Positions 1 to 8,091 of a stretch of 32,000 nucleotides of DNA are shown here, one piece after another. Each line of letters opens with the position of its first letter. Position 1 is the first letter of the stretch. The notes beneath the pieces were generated by a model, which worked only from the letters and a program-made list of their open reading frames with translations, had not been told where the DNA came from and did not search any database. The position numbers and the translations under genes are program-made. Source of the stretch: an uncultured Erysipelotrichaceae bacterium (GTDB lineage Bacteria > Bacillota_I > Bacilli_A > Erysipelotrichales > Erysipelotrichaceae); NCBI GenBank assembly GCA_942493105.1, contig OW818668.1, forward strand, positions 30,001 through 62,000, written 5' to 3'.

Positions 1-386
1 TCTTCGATGGAAGGCGGAACGATGAATATGGTCAAGGCATCATGGACTTTAGAGATGACTTGATTGGCGCCTTCAACTTCAATTTCCAATAAAACATTCT
101 TGCCTTGTTTACGCAGATCATCCACATATTTTTTTGGAGTACCATAATAATTCCCTACAAATTCAGCGTGTTCTAGCAAATCATTGTTGGCAATCGCTTT
201 TTCAAAAGTTGGTCGATCAACAAAGAAATACTCGACTCCGTTGGTTTCATTGTCGCGTCTTTGACGAGTCGTCATGGAGACACTGTATGCAATGTTGAGC
301 TCTGGGTCTTTACAAAATAATTCACGCACGGTGCCCTTGCCTACGCCGCTGGGTCCGCTTAATATGATCAGTAGTCCTTTTTTCAT
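1..386 (-). CDS. gmk: Guanylate kinase, N-terminal ~128 codons (gene continues past window start)
   Basis: Absent from the ORF track because it is open at the window edge. The reverse complement of 386..1 reads MKKGLLIILSGPSGVGKGTVRELFCKDPELNIAYSVSMTTRQRRDNETNGVEYFFVDR..., with the GPSGxGKGT P-loop and N-terminal layout typical of guanylate kinase. An AGAGGGA SD (391..397 on +) lies 4 nt before the ATG. Confidence 0.85.
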   Translation of the reverse strand, partial: MKKGLLIILSGPSGVGKGTVRELFCKDPELNIAYSVSMTTRQRRDNETNGVEYFFVDRPTFEKAIANNDLLEHAEFVGNYYGTPKKYVDDLRKQGKNVLLEIEVEGANQVISKVHDALTIFIVPPSIE

Positions 387-407
387 GATGTCCCTCTATT
401 TCATAAA

Positions 408-436
408 ATCATACCTATCTAAAGCGCATAAGTCAA
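408..436 (-). promoter_or_regulatory. Sigma-A-type promoter for gmk: TTGACT - 17 nt - TATGAT
   Basis: On the minus strand, TTGACT (436..431), a 17-nt spacer and TATGAT (413..408) lie about 20 nt upstream of the gmk SD and ATG. Confidence 0.6.
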
Positions 437-440
437 GTTA

Positions 441-449
441 TGCTATAAT
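441..449 (+). promoter_or_regulatory. Extended -10 box TGCTATAAT, 10 nt upstream of the rqcH ATG (near-leaderless)
   Basis: TGCTATAAT is at 441..449 and the ATG at 460. The intervening ctttttagtt contains no SD. The -35 region is weak. Confidence 0.5.
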
Positions 450-459
450 CTTTTTAGTT

Positions 460-2088
460 ATGGCCATCGACGGAATCGTATTAAACAAGATAAGCACTGA
501 GCTTTCTAGCCTGTGTCCTTTCAAAATCAACAAAATCAATCACCTCTCTGATAGTGAGATTTTACTGACCTGTAAATCAGCACGGATGAAATTTCAACTC
601 TTGATCTCATGTCATTCCGTTTTTAATCGTTTACAGATCACATCCCATGAATATCGCTTGCCTTCTGAACCGACAGCTTTTGTGATGCTTTTAAGAAAAC
701 ACATTGAAGATGCGACTGTGGTCAAGATCACTCAGGCAGGCTTAGATCGAGTGGTTCAATTTGATCTGCGATTAAGAAATGATCTGGGTGATTCCATCAT
801 CATGACTTTATACATTGAACTGATGGGCAAATATGCCAATGTGATTTTAGTTGATGCATCTAATAAGATCGTAGATGCATTAAAGCGAATCCCGCCTTTT
901 GAGAATAATCGCAGGACGATTACCCCGACTGCCTTATATGTCCCCATTGAAGCTCATGATAAAAAAGATCCTTTTACAATATTTTCGATTGATCCTCATC
1001 TGCCAATCGCATCTCAGTTTCATGGTTTTTCACCACTCTTAGGTAGAGAAATTGAACATCGTTTACTTCATCAGACTTTTGAGTCTATCATCACAGAGAT
1101 CAAAAATTCGCATCAGCTTTATATCTATGACCGTGATTTCCACATCATCGAATTGACTCATTTGAATCAAACTCCCAAAGTCATGGATTTGATGGAAGGA
1201 CTCGATGAGGTTCATCATCGTAAAGAAGAAAATGAACGCATCAAACAACATACCGGAGATTTGATACGCTTTATCACCAAAGAAATCAAAAAGAATGAAT
1301 CCAAATTGATCAAACTTCAAGAATCTTTAGAAGAAGCTTTGGATTGTGATAAGTATAGGGTATTAGGAGACCATCTTTTAGCCTATGGTTATCAAATGAC
1401 CAAAGGCATGAAACAAATAGAAGTGCTGAATTTTGAAACCAATGAACCTTTAATGATTCCACTTGATGAGAAACAAGATCTAAAAGGCAATGTTCGTAAA
1501 CTCTTTCAAAAATACACCAAAGGTAAAAAAGGACAAGAACATATTGCCCATCAGATTCAACTGACTGAAAATGAAATCGAATACTTCAAAATCTTGTTTG
1601 ATCAGATTGCTTATGCCAGTTTACCCGATGCTTTAGAAATCAGACAAGAACTCAGTGATAAAGGCTATCTCAAAGCCATTACCGATAAACGTCGTAAGAA
1701 GATGACCCCTGCTTATCAGCATTTAACTTTAGACAATGGGATCCAGATCTATTACGGCAAAAATAACATTCAAAATGATTTGATTACTTTTAAGTTGGCG
1801 AAACGCAATGATACCTTCTGTCATGTGAAGGATTTCCATGGGGCACATGTGATCATTCAGCATGATTCACCTGATGAAATGACCTTAAGATCAGCAGCTC
1901 AAATTGCCCTGTATTACTCCAAAGCACGTCATTCATCAACGGTTGGAGTCAACTATTGCCCAATCCATCAAGTTAAGAAAATACCTTCTGGTAACCTTGG
2001 GTTGGTTTCTCTGGGGCACTATAAAACCATCTACATCGATCCCAATGAAGCTTTGCTTAAAAAACTGCTGGGAGATAAATATTTGTAG
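460..2088 (+). CDS. rqcH: Ribosome quality control protein RqcH (FbpA/NFACT family, with C-terminal DUF814/NFACT-R)
   Basis: ORF 274..2088 trimmed to the ATG at 460. MAIDGIVLNKISTEL... matches the conserved MxFDG N-terminus of RqcH/FbpA, and PSEPTAFVMLLRKHIE, GLDRVVQFDL and YIELMGKYANVILVD are NFACT-N hallmarks. The C-terminal FHGAHVII...KIPSGNLGLV is DUF814-like. The 274..459 extension overlaps gmk and the promoters. Confidence 0.85.
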   Translation: MAIDGIVLNKISTELSSLCPFKINKINHLSDSEILLTCKSARMKFQLLISCHSVFNRLQITSHEYRLPSEPTAFVMLLRKHIEDATVVKITQAGLDRVVQFDLRLRNDLGDSIIMTLYIELMGKYANVILVDASNKIVDALKRIPPFENNRRTITPTALYVPIEAHDKKDPFTIFSIDPHLPIASQFHGFSPLLGREIEHRLLHQTFESIITEIKNSHQLYIYDRDFHIIELTHLNQTPKVMDLMEGLDEVHHRKEENERIKQHTGDLIRFITKEIKKNESKLIKLQESLEEALDCDKYRVLGDHLLAYGYQMTKGMKQIEVLNFETNEPLMIPLDEKQDLKGNVRKLFQKYTKGKKGQEHIAHQIQLTENEIEYFKILFDQIAYASLPDALEIRQELSDKGYLKAITDKRRKKMTPAYQHLTLDNGIQIYYGKNNIQNDLITFKLAKRNDTFCHVKDFHGAHVIIQHDSPDEMTLRSAAQIALYYSKARHSSTVGVNYCPIHQVKKIPSGNLGLVSLGHYKTIYIDPNEALLKKLLGDKYL

Positions 2089-2090
2089 AA

Positions 2091-2117
2091 ACTAAGCGAA
2101 ATTTCGCTTAGTTTTTA
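2091..2117 (+). terminator. Rho-independent terminator after rqcH
   Basis: ACTAAGCG-AAATTT-CGCTTAGT stem-loop followed by TTTT, starting 3 nt after the TAG stop. Confidence 0.75.
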
Positions 2118-2226
2118 GTTAGCCATTGATTATCAAATTGACTCAAAAAGTAAAACCCGCCTAAGGTCACAGGTTTTTGGTCGTGAAAAAATGGTATCAT
2201 TAGTGTGTTAGTTAAAGGAGTGCACA

Positions 2227-3603
2227 ATGAAAATTACGATCAACATGCTTTCAAACGCAGAATCCGTCGAAGGCCAAGGCGTCGGTAGTGCTTATGCCGA
2301 AATGGTCGCATTGCTTATCGAAGGAACAAAAGATTTATTTGACATCACCATAAATGGACCTGGAGATTACGACATCAATCATATTCATACGATTGAACCC
2401 ATTCATTTCTTAAAACTAAAAAGTTATAAAGGGGTCAATGTCATGGCTGTACATTTTCTGCCTGATACGCTAGAAGGATCCATCAATCTGCCTCTTGTGG
2501 CCTTCTCAGCCCTTAAATTTTATGTGACTACCTTTTATAAAGGTGCTGATCATTTGATCGTCGTCAACCCATCCTTCAAAAAAGAATTGGTTGAGTTGGG
2601 CATTGAACCTGAAAAGATTCATTACATCCCAAACTATGTCTCTAAAGAACATTTCTATACCTATGATGCTGAAAAGCGTGCTTCATTAAGAACAAACATC
2701 GGTGTTAAACCTGAAGATTTTGTGGTCATTGGAGTCGGACAAGTCCAACATCGTAAAGGGGTGCTCGACTTTATCGAAGTGGCAAAGCAATGTCCTGATA
2801 TTCAATTTATTTGGTGTGGTGGTTTCTCTTTTGGGATGATCACGGATGGTTATTTCGAACTCAAAGAAGTCGTCGAAAATCCTCCAAAAAATGTAAAATT
2901 CTTAGGCATCATCCCACGTGACCAGATGAATGATATGTACAATGTCAGTGATGTGTTGTTTATGCCTTCATACAATGAATTGTTCCCCATGTCAATTTTA
3001 GAAGCCTGTAACCTTAGGAAACCAATTCTTTTGCGTAACCTTGAACTTTATAAAGACATCTTGTTTGAACACTGTGTTAGCGGTGAAAACAATCAAGAGT
3101 TCGTAGAATTACTTCAAAGACTAAAAAATGATCCAGCGTTTTATGCAACTGCAGAAGGCTATAGTGATTTCGTAGCTCAGTATTACTCTAAAGAACATGT
3201 CTTGAAACAATGGATCGAGTTCTATCAAAACATTTATCATAAATCCAACATTCAAGATGAAATCATTAAAATCACTTTCGATGATTTCAATAAGATCATC
3301 AGTGGGAAGAAACGCATGCTGATCCTTGATGATGCGTACGAACCTGAAGAATTGCATTCTGAACTGGTCAACATTACACTTAGCGTCAACAGTGACCAAG
3401 ACTTCGCAGTTGAAGTCAAAGCAACCAACATTAGTTCATTTGACAATCTGGATACAGAATCCGCTCTAGAACTCATTCTACAGAATCAATCCAAATTATC
3501 TCTATCCGCTAAAGAAATCTATAAGTACAGTAAAAGAGAATCGCTTATGTTGATGGAATTTGAAGTGTTGAAGGATATCAGTTTATTCTCGCAAGATAAA
3601 TAA
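2227..3603 (+). CDS. GT4-family (GT-B fold) glycosyltransferase, probably a diacylglycerol glucosyltransferase-type glycolipid synthase, with a ~110-aa C-terminal extension
   Basis: The N-terminus MKITINMLSNAESVEGQGVGSAY resembles Firmicute glycolipid GT4 enzymes, and the C-half has a retaining-GT EX7E-like region (PSYNELFPMSILEA). AAGGAG SD at 2215..2220. Residues ~345-458 lie beyond the GT core and I do not recognise them. Confidence 0.7.
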   Translation: MKITINMLSNAESVEGQGVGSAYAEMVALLIEGTKDLFDITINGPGDYDINHIHTIEPIHFLKLKSYKGVNVMAVHFLPDTLEGSINLPLVAFSALKFYVTTFYKGADHLIVVNPSFKKELVELGIEPEKIHYIPNYVSKEHFYTYDAEKRASLRTNIGVKPEDFVVIGVGQVQHRKGVLDFIEVAKQCPDIQFIWCGGFSFGMITDGYFELKEVVENPPKNVKFLGIIPRDQMNDMYNVSDVLFMPSYNELFPMSILEACNLRKPILLRNLELYKDILFEHCVSGENNQEFVELLQRLKNDPAFYATAEGYSDFVAQYYSKEHVLKQWIEFYQNIYHKSNIQDEIIKITFDDFNKIISGKKRMLILDDAYEPEELHSELVNITLSVNSDQDFAVEVKATNISSFDNLDTESALELILQNQSKLSLSAKEIYKYSKRESLMLMEFEVLKDISLFSQDK

Positions 3604-3606
3604 CAC

Positions 3607-3657
3607 AAAAAGCACGTTATACTTGATCCCGATAATTGGACAGGTTAACGTGCTTTT
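3607..3657. terminator. Bidirectional hairpin between convergent GT4 and ygjP-like genes
   Basis: AAAAGCACGTTA (3607..3619) pairs with TAACGTGCTTTT (3646..3657). The A-run and T-run flanks allow termination in both directions. The 26-nt loop is unusually long. Confidence 0.55.
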
Positions 3658-3669
3658 CATTTACTTGAT

Positions 3670-4356
3670 TCAATAAAGCTTGGCTGATCGTGCTTCTTTG
3701 ACTCGAATTTTGTAATCTGGGCAAAACTTCTTAACATATGCATAAAAATCTTTTGAATGATTCATATGGGTCAAATGAGCCAATTCATGAATACATACAT
3801 ATTGAATATATGGCACTGAATACTCAATTAGATTAGAAGATAAAGTGATTTTTCCTTTACTGCTGCATCGACCATGAGAAGTCTTGAGATTTTTGATTTG
3901 AAATGAACTAGGCCATTGATTCATATCTCTGCAGCATGCTTCAAATATCGTTTGAAGCAGCTGTTCACTATATTCTTTTTTGAATTTAGCGAGGCTCTTT
4001 TCAATTGACATTCTTGAATTTCGAACAATCAACACATGATCATGATTTATTTCATAGCTGAATGCTGGACCGATTTGATGACTGATGTTAATTTTACGGC
4101 CATCAAGTTTGATTTCATTTTCTTGAAGCAATTGACTTATACTGATTGCATAATGCTTCAAGATCCAAGTTGATTTGGTCAAAAGAACATTTTTAATGTC
4201 TAAGACCCTTGATGCGTTAGGTACAGAAACGTTCAATACACCATTAATAAAACGAAAACTGATTTGCCGTTTTCGTTTAAAATGTATAAGAATTGGAATC
4301 ATGACATCGTTTATAACCAAACTGTCATTGATATCAGCTTTATTCGTCGGTTTCAT
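3670..4356 (-). CDS. YgjP-like DUF45/M48-family zinc metallopeptidase-fold protein
   Basis: C-terminal HELAHLTHMNHSKDFYAYV matches the HExxH...NHSxxF signature of the YgjP/DUF45 family. The start is uncertain: the ATG at 4356 overlaps the upstream gene by 17 nt and has no SD. An alternative ATG at 4302 (MIPILIHFKRKRQ...) lies 7 nt downstream of a TATAAA box. Confidence 0.8.
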   Translation of the reverse strand: MKPTNKADINDSLVINDVMIPILIHFKRKRQISFRFINGVLNVSVPNASRVLDIKNVLLTKSTWILKHYAISISQLLQENEIKLDGRKINISHQIGPAFSYEINHDHVLIVRNSRMSIEKSLAKFKKEYSEQLLQTIFEACCRDMNQWPSSFQIKNLKTSHGRCSSKGKITLSSNLIEYSVPYIQYVCIHELAHLTHMNHSKDFYAYVKKFCPDYKIRVKEARSAKLY

Positions 4357-5398
4357 TTAAGAGATCTGAAGTTTTAATTGATTTAAACGGATTAATGTTT
4401 CTAAGCCGGATAAACAAATAACCGCCATATATGACAGGCACATAGAAATTCGCAAAACGCCACAAGATCATTGTCGAAGATGCAGCTCCCTTTCCAATAA
4501 TGGTTGAGAAAGCCAATACGAACAAGCCTTCTGTTACACCTGAAGAACCTGGCAATGGGACAAAGGTATTAGATATGGATATAAATGATCCAAGAGCCAA
4601 CATAGGGAAGAAATCTCCAAAACTTAGCTCGATCCCTAAAATCGATCCAATCATAAACGGGGTTGAATAATACAACATCAACTTCAAGAAATGAAGTCCT
4701 GTGATTTTCCAAAACACCACTTTATTCTTCGTCACTTCTTCTATTGCTTCATTGAAATGAACTAAAGTCTTATTCCATTCATCTAAAATTTTCTCTTTAT
4801 TTTTGATAAACTTCATCTTGTGTAAAAGGTGAATGCCCCAAAATGAAATTTTATGATATAGCTTTGGAAAAGAAACCATGATCCAAAGCAAGACAACCAC
4901 AAAACTGTTCATGATCAAACCGAGACCAAAGACAAAAGAAATGGCAGCATGATCTGCCGTACTCAAGAAAACAATATACATCGTAATTGCAGTGACCACG
5001 ATCGCAATTTGATAGATAAAGAAGTCAATGGAGATAAGGCCTGCTGCTTGAGATGTTTTAAGTCCGCGCTTTCTTAACGCGTAAGCCTGTGCAAACTGTC
5101 CACCTGTACTGCTTGGTGTGATCCCTGACATAAAAGCACCGATAAAAGCATTTGTTGCCCCATGTTTGTATTTGAATTTCTTGTCGATCGTTCGGGCAAG
5201 AATGGTAATGATATAACCCCATGTTAAGTAAGGTAATAAACCTAGACCAATGATCAAAAGCAACTTTAGTGGATCTAAGGTACTGATGGTTTCCCAAACA
5301 ATTTCATAACTGTCATACAAAGCGAAAATCAACGCAGCGACAGTTAAACTTACGATAAAAAGCATATTTACCCATACATTACTCAGTAGTTTTTTCAT
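4340..5398 (-). CDS. Flippase-like polytopic membrane protein (UPF0104 / lysyl-PG-synthase TM-region family)
   Basis: About 8 predicted TM helices. GITPSSTGGQFAQAYALRKRGL and PLPGSSGVTEGLF are typical of the LPG_synthase_TM/TIGR00374 family. The start is set at MKKLLSNVW (5398). The ORF-track start (5455) and the ATG at 5422 add an implausible Cys/Tyr-rich leader. Confidence 0.65.
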   Translation of the reverse strand: MKKLLSNVWVNMLFIVSLTVAALIFALYDSYEIVWETISTLDPLKLLLIIGLGLLPYLTWGYIITILARTIDKKFKYKHGATNAFIGAFMSGITPSSTGGQFAQAYALRKRGLKTSQAAGLISIDFFIYQIAIVVTAITMYIVFLSTADHAAISFVFGLGLIMNSFVVVLLWIMVSFPKLYHKISFWGIHLLHKMKFIKNKEKILDEWNKTLVHFNEAIEEVTKNKVVFWKITGLHFLKLMLYYSTPFMIGSILGIELSFGDFFPMLALGSFISISNTFVPLPGSSGVTEGLFVLAFSTIIGKGAASSTMILWRFANFYVPVIYGGYLFIRLRNINPFKSIKTSDLLNETDE

Positions 5399-5457
5399 AG
5401 TACAGGTATAATAGTAGCACATTTTTGCCTTTCTATAAAGTAAAACAGGGTCCACAT

Positions 5458-5482
5458 AAAAAAACCAGCACTGAAGTGCTAG
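5458..5482 (-). terminator. Rho-independent terminator of clpB
   Basis: Minus-strand RNA is CUAGCAC-UUCA-GUGCUGG followed by UUUUUUU. The clpB UAG stop lies inside the stem. Confidence 0.8.
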
Positions 5483-8046
5483 TTTAGGTTTTGTTTAAGC
5501 TTGACGATAAAGTCAGCATCATCAATGTCTACTAAGATTGTTTTATCCTGGATCGACGGAGTTTCAATGATGAGTTTTGCGATTTTGGTTTCGATCCTGC
5601 GTTGAATATAACGTTTCATCGGACGAGCCCCATACTCAGGATCTGTTCCTTCTTGGACGATCTTATTTTTTGCAGCAAAACTGAGTTCCAAACCAAGGTG
5701 CTGAGCAGCTAAACGAGATCTAAGTTCACCGATGAATTTATCTGCGATCAATACCAATGTATCCTTACTTAACGCATTGAAAACAATGATCTCATCGATA
5801 CGATTCACAAACTCAGGCTTGAAAGAACGTTTAACTTCTTCTAAATAATGATCTTCACGAAGATCCAGGTTGGTTTCAAAGGCATAATGCGAACCTAAAT
5901 TCGAGGTCATAATGATCAAGGTATTGGTAAAATTGACAGTAACTCCTTGATTATCAGTGATTCGTCCATCATCTAGGATCTGAAGTAATATGTTGAAGAC
6001 ATCAGGATGAGCTTTTTCAATCTCATCCAACAAGACGATCGAATAAGGCTTTCTTCGAACAGCTTCGGTCAATTGTCCGCCTTCTTCATAACCAACATAA
6101 CCTGGCGGAGCACCAATCAAGCGTGAGACACTGTGCTTTTCCATGTATTCGCTCATATCGATTCTGATGATCTTGGATTCATCATCAAAAAGTTGTTGAG
6201 CTAAGGCTCTGGCTACCTCTGTCTTGCCGACACCTGTTGGTCCTAAAAATAAGAAAGACGCTAATGGACGATGTTCATCTTGGATATGTGCTTTAGACCT
6301 CATAATGGCTGAAGACACCAGTGATAACACATGATCTTGACCCATGACACGGCCTCTTAGTGCATCTTCTAAGTGTAATAATTTTTGCCGTTCTACCGAT
6401 AATAAACGACTGACTTCAATATGAGTCCATCTTGAAACGATCTGGGCAATCAAATTCTCATCGACGATTTCTTGAATCAAGGCATTATCATCCTTGGTGT
6501 TTTCTGAGGCTTTGATCTGTTTTTCTAAGTTGGGGATCGTATCATACTGTAATTTGGCTGCTTCTTCATAGCGTGCATCATTGGTCGCCTTTTCAAGATC
6601 CAAACGTGCTCTTTCAAGTTTAGATTTGGCTTCTTTGGCTTCATCAAGATGCTTCTTTTCTTCATTCCAACGCATAGAAAGACCTTCTTTTGTTTCTTTT
6701 AGATTGGCCAGATCCTTACGGATCTCATCCAAACGATCCATGGCTTTATCATCTGTTTCTTTCTTAAGGGCTGTTTCTTCGATTTCTAGCTGTTGGATCT
6801 TACGATTTAAATCGTCTAATTCTGCAGGCATGGAATCCATTTCTACACGGATCGATGCACAAGCTTCATCGATCAAATCGATGGCTTTATCCGGTAAGTA
6901 GCGATCAGTGATATAGCGATGCGATAAATGAACGGCAGCTTGAATGGCTTCATCTAGGATCCTTACCCCATGATGAGTTTCATAGCGATCTTTAAGACCA
7001 CGCAATATGGATATCGTTTCTTCAACGGAGGGTTCATCCACAATGATTTTTTGAAAACGACGCTCTAAGGCAGCATCTTTTTCGATGTGCTTTTTATATT
7101 CATCATAAGTTGTAGCACCAATACAGCGCAATTCACCGCGAGCCAACATCGGCTTAAGCAAATTGGCCGCATCCATAGCCCCTTCTGTTTTACCGGCACC
7201 CACTAAATTATGAAGTTCATCGATAAACAAGATGATTTGACCTTCAGCTTGTTTGATCTCATTGAGCACCGCTTTTAAGCGTTCTTCAAATTCACCACGA
7301 TATTTGGCCCCTGCGATCAAAGCACCCATATCTAATTCTATGAGTTTCTTTTCTTTTAATCCAAAAGGAACATCACCTTTCATGATACGCCAAGCCAATC
7401 CTTCTACGACCGCTGTTTTTCCAACACCAGGCAATCCAATCAAAACTGGATTATTTTTTGTTTTGCGAGATAAGATTTCAATGACTCTGCGAATCTCTTG
7501 ATCACGGCCGATAATGGGATCGATCTTGCCTTTTTTTACTTCTTCGACCAAATCTTTACCATATTTGCTTAAAGCTTCAAGTTGATTCTCTTGATCAGGC
7601 TGTGTTATTTTTTGACCTTGTAGAGACTCCAATAAGGCTTCATTCAGTGTGCTTGGGGTAATCTTAAAGGTAGACAGGATCTGTTGACTCAACAAAGATT
7701 TATTCAACAGGATGTGTTTAAACAAGGCTAATGCACCTAAATACGTTTCTTGTTTACCTTTGATCTCATGGAGTCCATCGATGATGGCTTGATTGAGTTC
7801 ACGCGATAATGTAGGTTGAGTTGGATTAGAAACAGAAGCTACAGTACTCAAAGATTTATCAATGAGATCACTAAAGTGTTTCTTCTGTATATTGAGTCGG
7901 CTAAATAAGCCATCAAGGACTCCGTCTTCACTCATGGCCTTTAGAAGATGAGCACTACTGATTTCAGGATGATTGTTCATAACGGCATTTTGAACCGCAC
8001 TTTGGAAAAGCTGTTGAAGCTTTTCCGTAAACTGATTCATACTCAT
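5479..8046 (-). CDS. clpB: ATP-dependent chaperone/disaggregase ClpB
   Basis: 855 aa with two AAA+ modules (GLPGVGKTA and GPTGVGKTE Walker A motifs), a long coiled-coil middle domain and a Clp N-domain. AAGGAG SD 7 nt upstream of the ATG. Confidence 0.97.
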   Translation of the reverse strand: MSMNQFTEKLQQLFQSAVQNAVMNNHPEISSAHLLKAMSEDGVLDGLFSRLNIQKKHFSDLIDKSLSTVASVSNPTQPTLSRELNQAIIDGLHEIKGKQETYLGALALFKHILLNKSLLSQQILSTFKITPSTLNEALLESLQGQKITQPDQENQLEALSKYGKDLVEEVKKGKIDPIIGRDQEIRRVIEILSRKTKNNPVLIGLPGVGKTAVVEGLAWRIMKGDVPFGLKEKKLIELDMGALIAGAKYRGEFEERLKAVLNEIKQAEGQIILFIDELHNLVGAGKTEGAMDAANLLKPMLARGELRCIGATTYDEYKKHIEKDAALERRFQKIIVDEPSVEETISILRGLKDRYETHHGVRILDEAIQAAVHLSHRYITDRYLPDKAIDLIDEACASIRVEMDSMPAELDDLNRKIQQLEIEETALKKETDDKAMDRLDEIRKDLANLKETKEGLSMRWNEEKKHLDEAKEAKSKLERARLDLEKATNDARYEEAAKLQYDTIPNLEKQIKASENTKDDNALIQEIVDENLIAQIVSRWTHIEVSRLLSVERQKLLHLEDALRGRVMGQDHVLSLVSSAIMRSKAHIQDEHRPLASFLFLGPTGVGKTEVARALAQQLFDDESKIIRIDMSEYMEKHSVSRLIGAPPGYVGYEEGGQLTEAVRRKPYSIVLLDEIEKAHPDVFNILLQILDDGRITDNQGVTVNFTNTLIIMTSNLGSHYAFETNLDLREDHYLEEVKRSFKPEFVNRIDEIIVFNALSKDTLVLIADKFIGELRSRLAAQHLGLELSFAAKNKIVQEGTDPEYGARPMKRYIQRRIETKIAKLIIETPSIQDKTILVDIDDADFIVKLKQNLN

Positions 8047-8063
8047 TTTAAAGCTCCTTTCTT

Positions 8064-8091
8064 ATAAAAAAGTAACAGCGGAGCTGTTACT
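8064..8091 (-). terminator. Rho-independent terminator after dnaJ, directly abutting the clpB RBS
   Basis: Minus-strand RNA is AGUAACAGC-UCC-GCUGUUACU followed by UUUUU. The dnaJ UAA stop (8089..8087) lies in the 5' arm, and the clpB AAGGAG follows about 10 nt after the U-tract. Confidence 0.75.

Noticed and set aside
274-459. N-terminal 62-codon extension of track ORF 274..2088 (METLYAMLSSGS...)
   Set aside because: It overlaps the gmk coding sequence on the opposite strand and the divergent promoter region. The conserved RqcH N-terminus MAIDG starts at 460.
5420-5422. Alternative start of the flippase-like gene at ATG 5422, preceded by the SD-like AGAAAGG
   Set aside because: It would add MCYYYTCT before a canonical MKKLL membrane-protein N-terminus, and the ATG overlaps the TG of the candidate extended -10. 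It remains a possible alternative, so the gene start is flagged as uncertain.
6581-6901. Antisense ORFs inside highly conserved genes (for example 6581..6901 and 7253..7501 in clpB; 8504..8728 in dnaJ; 9516..9851, 10380..10682 and 10832..11032 in dnaK; 756..947 and 1063..1320 in rqcH; 16024..16206 in rnj; 31480..31707 in the second prsA-like gene)
   Set aside because: These are low-complexity Ser/Leu-rich shadow frames opposite well-supported CDSs. They have no RBS or promoter and no recognisable motifs.
8047-8070. Possible clpB promoter using TATAAG (minus strand, about 8063..8058), or a CIRCE element upstream of clpB
   Set aside because: A TSS 7 nt after TATAAG would remove the SD. No -35-like hexamer lies 16-18 nt upstream, and no TTAGCAC/GTGCTAA half-sites occur between dnaJ and clpB.
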